Assembly: GCA_905331295.1 (NCBI GenBank)
Contig: CAJNYD010000443.1
Location: forward strand, 1 to 33,017
From: Rotaria socialis
Taxonomy: Eukaryota
DNA length: 33,017 nt
Direction: 5' to 3'
The translations under genes were made by a program, and so were the position numbers. The notes under the pieces were generated by a model. It searched no databases. It saw only the letters and a list, made by a program, of their open reading frames with translations, and was not told where the DNA came from. This document shows, in pieces, positions 23,044-33,017 of this stretch (within the stretch, counting starts at the first letter, position 1; each line of letters begins with the position of its first letter).

Positions 23044-23819
23044 ATAGTACAGGTCTAATCAATTATAGTACATTTGCGACGAATTCACCTAACAGCGAAA
23101 TTATGACCGATTTTCAAGACAAGTGCTAGTCAAATAATCTATTAATAGGCGAGCAGAAAATCTATTCTTCACAGCTTGAAAGCAACGATTTTAATTAGAA
23201 CTGTCGAAAATTAAATAGATACCATCGGGTGAAGTTCATATCATCGCCTCTCGTGGCCTGCGTTATTTTTTATTCGGTACTTCTTTTCCGGAGCCGTTCT
23301 AATGAATATTCTCATAAACTTTTAAAACATCTGATGCCATTATAAAACAAAATAGCTGCAAAAGCATTTCTTATTCCATCTTGCATCTACACTTATGCAT
23401 GACGCAGCTGAGAAACATCGAGCAAGCTTCATTAGATATAATTGCGTTTTTTTTTATTTTGAAGAGCAAGTCGGTATGTGTTCTGCGTTCAACAGACTTT
23501 TTCTTAATAAAAAATCACCACCGTTATATGAAAAGGATATTTTATAATTAGAGTGCAAATTTAACGGAATATTTCTGCAATGCATCTACTCTGACTAATG
23601 GTTAAGATGACTCTACGATTTTTATCAAATCCCCCCCTCCCCGCCATCGTAATCAGAAATGTTCTCAACATATAAGAGAAAAATCAGTTTTCGAGAGTAT
23701 ATGTGTAGTGTAAAACTACGAAGTTTCATTTAGCTATATATTGACAATTTGTTAAAGATTTTTTATTTCAATTTTAGCTTGACATCTAATTACAAGTGAG
23801 TTCATCGCCAAAGCCAATC

Positions 23820-24787
23820 ATGACGACATCGATCGTAATGAGATGGATAATTATATTCTATATCAGACTGTTTTTCTTAGTTTTAGGACTTTTCGGAAGT
23901 ATCATACAGGTGTTCATTTTAGCAACAGTATTCTATTGTCGAAAGACTCCGTGTGCATTCTATTGTATCATCGATTCTATACATGAATGCGGTATTTTTA
24001 TAGCTGCAATTGGTCTGATAGTTGTGGTCACACCTCTAGGCACTGGCGTGATACGTATTTCTGTCGTGTGGTGTAAACTTCATTATTTTTTCATTACAAG
24101 CTGTTGTGCTATTTCTACGTGTTGTACATGTATGACTACTATCGATCAATTTCTTGTTACATCTCAAAATGTTCGCTTTCGAAAACTGAGCAGTACCAAA
24201 AATGCATATCGACTTTCTTTGATATTCATTATCATTTGGTGGCTGCATGGTGCTCCTTGGTTGTATTATCGGGATATGTCATCAATTACAGGTGTCTGTT
24301 ATTATTGGAATAATGCATTTTTTGTCTACGCTACATAGTTCGCCTTAATTATTTTGTGTGGTTTGCCTGTTTTTATCATGATAGTCTTTGGAATCTTGGT
24401 TGATCAAAACATTAAAAACACAATTGTTCTCTCGCGTCTGCGTGTCGATCGGCCGTTAATTATTATAGTTTTCACTTAAGTCTTGCTCAGCTTCGTAAGT
24501 CTAGCACCACACGGTATGTTCTGTGTTTATCTGATCTTTACAATGTATGCTGCAAAAACTGCTGCTCAAAACGTCGATGATGCCTTGGCCGATAGTATCA
24601 CAATCATTTTTTGCTCAGTCGCTTATGGAGTACGTTTGCTTGCGAAATAGCGTTTTGTTTATGCAATTTGTTTTTCTAGGGACGATTCTATCTATTCATG
24701 TTTTCCTCATCCCGTTTTCATCATCTGGTAAAAGATCGATTATTATGGTGGCGACGAAGACAAAGAGTTGTTCCATCGATAAACTAA
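23820..24787 (+). pseudogene. 7TM receptor pseudogene, paralog of 16365-17331; exons 23820-24629 and 24680-24787
   Basis: Collinear (TPCAFY, SIHECG, WCKL, TTIDQF, KNAYR, AYG|GRFYL..SSSRF); same 810-nt first exon and intron position; in-frame TAG 24336-24338 and TAA 24477-24479. Confidence 0.88.
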
Positions 24788-26243
24788 TGTTCAAAGTGTT
24801 TGATTGTGTGAAGTTAGAAGGAAACTCGTACATTTCGGATGGAGTAACCAAAACAGTTAATATTTCTATACGTTTTATTATTAGTAAACTGACAATTAGG
24901 TCATGTTACAAGGCGCTTTCAAATTAAATATTTATTGATTTTGCACTAATACTTGAATTCTTCTGAATTACTTAACTTGTATAATTATTTACGTCAACAG
25001 ATGGCTCTAATACGTATTCATGTATACTTACATAATTGTATGCCTTCTAATTGTCAGTCATTTCTTTTTTTTTAAATTTCAAACCTTTTTGTAATAGGAA
25101 AAATCAAAATCTAGATTCTTTATAAATGTGGGCTCTGACGATATGAGAATCTGATTCAAAACAAAACCTTAATAAAAAAAACGATGAATTGAAAATGATT
25201 TTTCTTTGGGATGATAATGTAAATACCTAATTAGATGTGACATTTTCTTGTGTGATATAACTGAATAGTTAGCAAGAAAATGTCAGTTCCTTTAAATTTG
25301 TTAATACGAGCGAGAAAAAAAGAGCTTATGTTTTGTTTATGGATTCAATATCTTTTAAGTGCAAGTAGTTTTGAAAGATTTTTATTTTTAATATTCAAAA
25401 CGAAAACAACAAGAGTTGCCTATCGACTAGACTAATGTATTGAATGTAGTTGAATTTAAAAAGCGAAAGATTTTAACAAACATCAAATATGAAAATAGTC
25501 AGCGAAGCTCTCCATTGATGTGCACTTACATAGGACACAATACATCGAAGTGAATAAATTGAGAAATATAATTTTCATCTTTTTAAAGGAAATTTATTAT
25601 GCATATAATTTGTAGTACCATAACTCGCTATAGAAAACACGATACCGAGAAATATATAATATGTAAAAGGGAACTACTGAGCTCCACGACAAATTAATAT
25701 TTTTTGTAATTTTACTATACATATCACCATAGTGAGTGATATAATTTCATGGGAACTTCTCAACTCGATCAAATTCATCTTTTGTTAACTGAAATACTTT
25801 AACGAAATTAAAAATTAGAGAACATCGATATTCAAACTTCATAGTTTTCAAAATAGCCAATTTCCTAAATACATGCTGGCATTTCTTGAGCAGGACACAA
25901 AAATAGATGTATGAAAGTGCAATTCCACAATCATGAATCCAGCTGATATTCTCTTTGGCTGAGGTTGATACCCATTTAGATCGATTCAAAAGTTTAGAAT
26001 ATCTTGCAAATAATTGCATAACGTTTTCAGCTTATGCCAGATCAAAATTAATCGTGTTCTACATTATCATGTCATCTTAATTGCTACTCAAATCACATAG
26101 AGAATTCTTTTTATAACTATGACTTTTATTTAAAATATAAATGTACAATCAATTAAGGCCAAGCGAAGATTAATAAGAAAGCCAAAACTATGTCACAATT
26201 CTCGCACATAATATAGCACTATTTATTATTGGTCTACTTTTTG

Positions 26244-26896
26244 CTATGTGCAAGTAATCAAAATGAAAATGCTTGAAATCAAAACATATGGCTGTAGGGT
26301 GAGATATGGTCCCTTATTGTACCAATAATTACCACCAGTTGCATACCATCCTTGATTCCCTGGTGAATAGGCATTATAGGGTTTATTATAGTAATTATTC
26401 ATATTTGGTCTCTGCCATGCGTAATTATTATTGTATAAATATTGCTGCTGTTGTAATTGTTGCATTGATAGTGGTCGATTTGAATTAATAAGATAACTAC
26501 TTAGACTAGAATCCGGATCGTAACTTATTGGTAAAATAGCAGAGTGTGGACGATTTTCAGGTTTTATGAATGATCCATAGTTCGGATCAGATCCGACACC
26601 TAAAAATAAAGCGTAATGAAATGTTAATTAAAAATAAGTTCTTTCGAATAAATATCAGCACCATAATAATAAGTGCCTGGAATAGAACCAGCAGGATGAC
26701 TTGCCCAACTCGTTCGTTGGTCAACAGCGAAAAAATTGTTTTTCGGTTGATTCAGTTGACGACGATAACGAGGAAATCCACGTGCTAAAAATATCGGAAG
26801 TCATATAATATAATACATTTGTGTTTTATTTCATATTTTACTTTTTGTTGTAAAAAGTAAAGTCACAACAAATAGTAAACATACATTCGAGAACAT
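26244..26896 (-). CDS. Small secreted, probably GPI-anchored N/Q/Y/G-rich protein (172-177 aa); exons 26896-26842, 26784-26662 (or 26677), 26599-26244
   Basis: Spliced ORF MFSNVCLLFVVTLLFTTKTRGFPRYRRQLNQPKNNFFAVDQRTSWASHPAGSIPG...VGSDPNYGSFIKP...MQQLQQQQYLYNNNYAWQ...GGNYWYNKGPYLTLQPYVLISSIFILITCT*; exon structure supported by the paralog at 6858-9087. Confidence 0.82.
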
Positions 26897-27781
26897 TTTT
26901 TTTTAGTTGTGTGCTAATCAACACTGACAACAAGATCAGATTGTTTTATTATGACGTTTGTTTGCGAGTGTGTTAATGGAAAAAAATATCCCAAATATAG
27001 TTCTACTCCTTCGCTTCTTCTATTTCTTTCGGATCCTACACATATACTATTCTCTCTCTCTCTCTCTCTGTTTCTGTATATATATGTACTATTCTAATTT
27101 ACTAAACACTATTGTTGATTAGTAGTAAGAAAAACAGGAGAAAAGGTTAGCACAAAATAATATAACGAAAGTATTGTCGCATTTCATCCAAAAATAGAAT
27201 AATTGATACATCCAACATAATCATGTGTTGCTAATGTCGTCTTTCACCCCTGTCATATGAAAATATGCTTTGTCCTATTGGGATTTTTTTTTCATTAGAC
27301 AGAGGAATCAATAGATATTATTTTTGTTTTCCTATTACAATTTACTTCTTATAGGAAAAATCTCGTGTACACGATTTACTGTCCATTGATTGAATAACTT
27401 TTTTTCCAATTAGCGTTTTTCTCGTTTGCGGATTTACTGTCCACTAATTGCTTCGAAGAAGAGAAATTAATAAATGAGTAATGGTCTTGACAGTCAATCC
27501 TTTTTCTGAACAAAAAATTACATAAATGTTGAAAAACAAAAAAGTCACCAATGAGCAAACTATTGAATAAATTTTCAATTTAAAATGACGGATGCTCATC
27601 AAATTGAGGGGTAAGATAGTCATTACCCATGTCGTCCTTTTTTTCTAGTAACGTCGCAATAACGCCAAAATGGCTTATTGCGGTATTATTCTGTACTATA
27701 GCGACAATAATCATCGTAATATGTCCAAACGTTCTTCGCATCGATATAACGCTAACGCGCAATATCGGTGCTATTTACGTA

Positions 27782-28074
27782 TGTAACGAACAACTTGATT
27801 AGAGTAGCTTGTGCCACTCTCGGCAATGGTTTTTATTAGGCTACTTCAAGTTATCCAAAGTGTAACGACAAAACTAGAGTGTTGCCTATGTCCGTCGGCA
27901 TGATGGTGTATTGTGTCATCTGACATCTCCAGAGTGTCACAACTTCAAACATAACGCACGTATACATAGGAGAAAGATAGAAGACAGACAGGAGAGAGAT
28001 ACATTAGAACAATGGAAAGAGAACAGAAAGAGAAGGAAGAAGAATCATCGAAGCGTGACATCAATATCGGCACA
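27782..28074 (-). mobile_element. Solo LTR (293 bp), same family as 21204-21440
   Basis: Minus strand starts TGTGCCGATATTGATGTCACGCTTCGATGATTCT vs TGTGACGATATTGGTGGCACACTTCGATGATTCT; ends ...CGTTACA; TSD ACGTA/GCGTA; carries an extra internal segment. Confidence 0.85.
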
Positions 28075-28259
28075 GCGTACTATACAAATTCTCTGTTTTC
28101 ATTCAAAACGTATATGTGTAATAATCATAGGGAGAATGATATAATTGTTCGAAATATTCTATGATTCATTGTATGTGCATATTAAATTATTGAAGATATA
28201 AAAGACAGGTCTGATTTATTCTTACAAGTGTACATTTGATTTTTTTTCTTTTAGATTAA

Positions 28260-30527
28260 ATGTATAAATTTTCACATAAAGTAAATAAGAGACATCTTAA
28301 TCGAGAGATTAGGCGTCAGTCTCTTTATCTATTAATCGCTCGACATCTTAGTCTTTTGAGCGAAAACTCTGGTGATGATAACAGTGACGACAACTTGCAA
28401 CGAAAAGGTATTAATATAAATAGGCTTGGTTCATCATTTGACAAGAAAAATGATGGTAATTATATATCACCTGTGTCATCGAATGTTTATGTTCTAGATG
28501 ATAATGAACGAAATGATGATGAAGATAATAATTATTGGAATGTTGATGAAGTTGATAATCAACAGAATAGTGATGAAAATGATGGTCGATAGAATGATGA
28601 AGACAACGATGATGAAGGTAATAGTGAATAATGAATGTAAGGGAAGTTAGCGACAGATTCGAGCTTTTCCTGAAACAATTCGTCCCATCAATCGTGCCAC
28701 TTCTTGAACGTAGCGTGCCAGATAGAACTCGATGAGCTCTATCTATAGATAGAGCTCATCGAGTTCTATCTGACACNAAGTGTACATTTTGTCCCATGAT
28801 GATGAATCATATTTTGATAGATGTTTTTTCAGCTTTCATGCTATCGTAATTTTTGAACATAGCATTAGATAGAGCTCATCGAGTTCTATCTGACACGCTA
28901 CGTTCAAGAAGTGGCACGATTGATGGGACGAATTGTTTCAGGAAAAGCTCGAATCTGTCGCTAACTTCCCTTACATAATAATGAAGATGATTCCCGATTG
29001 TTGCATGATGACTCTACACTTAACGTTAGCAACTCTTTTCGACTTATTAGCAAGTTGTGCTTGAACATTAATTTAGATAAACAGAAAACTAGTAGTCATC
29101 TTCGTCTTATTAAGTTATTATTACCAAAACTCAATTTTCTATTTTGCACTTGGAAAACCATGAACAAGCACTTCGAAATTTTACACCTAGTTTAACAACC
29201 AATCTTTGTACTAATTGTTATGAACCATGCGATATTAATAGTAACAGCAGCAAGTTTTGTGTTAATTTAAATTGTAAAACTTCTTTCAGACAGGTCGAAG
29301 TAATGGATTGATTGAGATCGCTTGTTTTGCTATCCCCAGTCAGATACAATCAATCATGTGTCGTAATTCTGATATTTTAAACAAATATTATCCTTTTCCA
29401 AAAAGTGGTGCTTGTTTTGGTCAATGGTATCGACGACAATTGAAAGTGAGCACCAACAAAATAACACTACTGATGCATACATACGGCGCATCTCATATTC
29501 GCTCATCAAATCATCAAAGTAAGCCATATGGCCATGTTTTACAACCATTACAGAATTTCCTCCCCAATAAGAGAATTTCAATCGAACATTATTATTCTGG
29601 CTTTATGGGCATCATCAATTAAACCAAATGTTAATTTATTTTTAGATAAAAAATAAACGATTTATTGTTTTTAATTAAAAATGGGACATCAACTATTATT
29701 AATGATCATGAGTATAACATCGGATTTGGTACTCAACTATTTCTTTCTGATCTACCAGCCAAATCACTATTTTGCTGCACAACAAATTTCAATGATATAT
29801 ATTTATGATGTTGAAATTTATACGTATATAAATCATTGCTCCGTCATATCAAGAAAAAAAAAGAGGTACATTACGAACTGAAGAGGAACGACGAATTAAT
29901 TCTCTCTCCCTCTTGCCTACAATGACTGACACGATTTATTTTCTATTGAATACAGAATAGACGACGAATACAGCGATGATAATTGCTTTGCGATCATTTT
30001 ATTTTATTGGATAACCGACATGTTTTATCGTTGTTTTCCTTTCTCTTTTCTAATAAAAGATGAAAGTAGACAATCATGCATTCGTACAATATATTCCTAT
30101 ATTACATAGATTGCTAACATCTGCAAACGCTAACAAGATTACATGTTTGTACAAAGTTACAAATCTGCATTGATTACGTATCGTTCCTTCATTTACGATC
30201 GTCTATTTACTTGCAATAGCCATACAGTGTCTTTTATTGACAAGAATAACAACAGCGTAATTAATTATGGTAAACTAATATTTTTTCTCATTATTGATAA
30301 ACTTTATGCTCTAATACAAAAATGGATTTTGTGTAAAAAAAATGTCATATCATGTTGAATGACTTGATGAACTGCACAACCTAATAGATACTTGTTATCC
30401 GCTCGTATCTCTTTCGAATGATTTCTTAATCATTCCAGTGGCTAATATCCGTCACAAATGCAGTTGTATTTCAATTTTTTAAGAATTTTGTATGTCGGAA
30501 ATAAAAATCGATTACGAACACGATTGA
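28260..30527 (+). pseudogene. Decayed CMC/EnSpm-like transposase
   Basis: Motifs in family order across shifting frames: acidic N-terminus, LRLIKLLLP, CTNC..C, ITLLMHT(Y)GA (usually N/H-x-DG), AIWPCF.TITEFPP..RE, KPNVNLFL, LFLSDLPAK....NFN, YGKLIFF, IRHKC, terminal DYEHD*; many stops, frameshifts and an internal deletion. Confidence 0.75.
28636..28975. mobile_element. Young MITE with 110-bp near-perfect TIRs and 8-10 bp TSD (MULE-like), inserted in the transposase remnant
   Basis: TGTAAGGGAAGTTAGCG... (28636-28745) vs 28866-28975, one mismatch; AATAATGA(A) on both sides; contains an N at 28777, so the interior is incomplete. Confidence 0.85.
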
Positions 30528-30626
30528 TCATTTTCAACGATCTTCCTAATCATTTAACATGCAAGTCTTTAACTTACATTAATTTATAGCTTTATGTACA
30601 TTGCCTTTTGTTTCAGATAACAATAA

Positions 30627-31153
30627 TGAGTGATACAAAATATATCAACTAGAAGCTGTACATTAACTCGTCGATCAGTGGAACGTTTCGAAGTGTATCA
30701 CGTGGTTATTTTTCATGTGATAATTCATTTTCGGTTGTTAAATCAAAACAATGCTCATCAGCTGAGCAAGATGGTTTTGTTTTAGTACAATCTGGTCAAA
30801 AAAATATATGGGATTTATTTTTGAGACAGGTAAAACGGATATTGACCATCGATACATGGTCATACCATTCTTTAATTTAGGTAGTTTTGAGATGTGCAGT
30901 AGAGCTGCTAATCGTCTTTTACTAAAACAGCACGAAGAGATCGAAAGCGATGACGAACGAAGGACGTCAATACTCAATCAAAAGAAACGGCTTCAACAAC
31001 ACCAGGTAGGTACTCTTTTTTTGTTCTTAAAATTTTATTTTATATTTTCCTAGAAAAACATACACTACATTAAAGGATATGTTTTTGTCTATGGATATAC
31101 CTGTTGCTGTCGTTCATAAAGATTCACCTCGTCAAACTGCTTCAAATTTCAGT
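30627..31153 (+). pseudogene. Degenerate multi-exon ORF downstream of the transposase (possible second transposon gene)
   Basis: Coding-like segments with splice signals (e.g. GSFEMCSRAANRLLLKQHEEIESDDERR...QQHQ|GTAGGT; TTTCCTAG acceptor; A|GTGAGT) but early stops. Confidence 0.35.
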
Positions 31154-31292
31154 GAGTATTAAAAAAAGTGTTTCGTTTAAGTTTTTGAATGATCAATTTA
31201 ACTTAGTACCAATGAGAAATAACTTTCAATCATTTTAATCGAGAAATTATTTCGAATTCTTGAAATTTTTAGATACCAACAATGGAATGACT

Positions 31293-32538
31293 AATTACAC
31301 CATCCCAGCTAAAATACATAGGATTGCCATCAAAAAGATTTTTTTGGTAAAAATATCGTAATTTTTTCGGTTCAAATTCACATCATTTGATTCACCAGGT
31401 TGAACTCTATCGATTGATATGCTTGTCATCACTAATAAATGAATTTTTCATGTATTTTTTCTCGTAACAATCAACTTTTTCGTGTGATGCAATTAAGTAG
31501 TGTAACTTAATTCCATCACATCAGCTATTCCTCTTTCCTTATTTCATCATGTAATAGAAAATACATATAAAATTGTTCATCATCAGTAATAAAAACATTG
31601 GCGCTAGATCAACTACATAATTTTACTAAACAATCTATACAAAAAATGTAGTTGAACTCAGTGGCTATCTATCAATGAAAAGACAGAAGGTTTTGTCTTA
31701 TGGATTTGTTTATATTCCCATCATATGAGACCGGAGTTTCTCAGGAATCCATCAGCAAATTAAAATAACGCAAAAAAACGAAATTTTAATCATATAGTGA
31801 TATTATTCTTCATTGCAAAGAAATGATGATACTAATGCGTCAAGTAAATAGAGAATATTCGTTCTATAACACTTACACAAATTGGCTTAATTATAAGCTA
31901 GTTTGTAAAATGTACATGTACATGTACATTAATTATTATTGGATCTAGCAATCAACTCGTACGTAAAAAATTAGACAGGTATAATGATATAGAACGCTTA
32001 ATATTACTTTACATACTTCGTGTTAATTAATCATTGTGATTACTGCTCAAAGCTAGAAAAATGCTACATGCCAAAATTCCTAGTAAAAATTAACGCATGG
32101 TCTTCTATCTTAAAAAGCTCAATAAATTTTAGGTCTAAATCATCTGACTTTTCATTAGCAGATAGCCGCTGAGTTCAACTACATTTTTTGTATAGATTGT
32201 TTAGTAAAATAATGTAGTTGATCTAGCGCCAATGTTTTTATCACTGATGATGAACAATTCTACATGTATTTTCTATTACATGATGAAATAAGGAAAGAGG
32301 AACAGCTGGTGTGATGGAATTAAGTTGCACTACTTAATTATATCACACGAAAAAGTTGATTGTTACGTGAAAAAATATATAAAAGATGCATTTATTAGTG
32401 ATGACAAGCGTACCAATCGATGGAGTTCAACCTGGTGAATCAAATGATTTGATTTGTTCTCGGAAAGATGCCAACCTTCCGTTGGAAAATAAAGTCTTTT
32501 AACAAATTTTGTATATTTTTGCTGGAAATGATGTAATT
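31293..32538. repeat. ~1.25-kb degenerate palindrome/fold-back; best-matched arms about 31373-31693 and 32137-32457
   Basis: ATCATTTGATTCACCAGGTTGAACTC...AAAAAATGTAGTTGAACTCAG is found reverse-complemented; (TGTACA)3 near the axis at 31911-31928. Confidence 0.88.
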
Positions 32539-32652
32539 GGGAAAGAATAATGGCTTCAATGATGGGATTAAAACATGGACAGAACGGGACAAAAATGAAA
32601 GCAGGTGTTTGTTTCTTTGTTACTGCTCACTCAAAACAAATCGTATCTGGGT

Positions 32653-32735
32653 TGAGGGTGTGGGTGTGGGTGACGGTGTATATGGCCTTTTCAACTGAGG
32701 AAACTCACACCCATGCCCACACCACACCCACACCC
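32653..32735. repeat. Second inverted telomere-type hexamer cassette
   Basis: TGAGGG TGTGGG TGTGGG TG ... CACACCCATGCCCACACCACACCCACACCC. Confidence 0.75.
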
Positions 32736-32836
32736 TATTAATGAATTAAGTTCTTCTCAGAAAACATTAACCATTAATATTAATGGCTAATGGAAGTCAT
32801 TAATTAAGTTCCGCTAAAAAAAATGGTGCACCCCTA

Positions 32837-33017
32837 CACTCTAAGAAAATCGGTACTCTACCGAACCTTAATAGTTCCGCATTTCTCTACCGAACGATTT
32901 TAAGTTCAGCAGATTTCATCAGGTTTCGCAATTTTCGCCTGAACTCTTCGAAGGTTCCGTAAAGTGGTTTGTGGTTTCGTACGTCATGTACAAATCCTCT
33001 GATAGTTTTGGGAAATG
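32837..33017. mobile_element. Probable terminus of a CACTA/EnSpm-type element running off the window
   Basis: TA|CACTCTAAGAAAA start, typical of animal EnSpm TIRs, followed by subterminal CTCTACCGAAC/GTTC repeats; the other end is not visible. Confidence 0.45.

Noticed and set aside
20750..23062. ORFs 20750-21013, 21052-21345, 22642-23058 and 22661-23062
   Set aside because: They coincide with GC-rich MITE or LTR sequence where stop codons are scarce; no protein motifs
28715..28777. Perfect loop-less hairpin ending at N
   Set aside because: It duplicates the MITE's own right arm and abuts a gap; most likely an assembly artefact from collapsing the TIRs
30712..30775. Minus-strand CTGATGA...CGAAA as a hammerhead core
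   Set aside because: Stem II is poor, and no stem III with a UH cleavage site or stem I could be formed

Overview
AT-rich eukaryotic genomic DNA, not prokaryotic: it has 50-60 nt GT-AG introns and no operons. It is most likely a bdelloid rotifer (Adineta/Rotaria-like), inferred from the atypical 7TM receptor family, TGTGGG/TGAGGG telomere-type hexamers and the TE families. Transposons dominate the window. (1) A Ty3/Gypsy LTR retrotransposon (1061 to an assembly gap at 6857) has a 5' LTR, tRNA-Arg-type PBS, intact gag, a -1 frameshift site with an H-type pseudoknot and a pol broken by 2 stops and 2 frameshifts. (2) There are three solo LTRs with 5-bp TSDs. (3) CMC/EnSpm-like DNA transposons appear as a decayed transposase at about 28.3-30.5 kb and as non-autonomous CCCAGG- and CACTCT-ended elements. 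(4) There are four long fold-back elements. Host genes are an intact 304-aa 7TM receptor with a pseudogenised paralog, and a three-exon gene for a small secreted, N/Q/Y/G-rich, probably GPI-anchored protein; a second copy of that gene is destroyed by two TE insertions 16 bp apart. The least explained features are two 85-90 bp cassettes of inverted telomere-type repeats, the prion-like GPI-protein gene pair, and the pseudoknot, whose pairing predicts the exact mutation that killed Gag-Pol. All calls were made by eye; no database searches were run.
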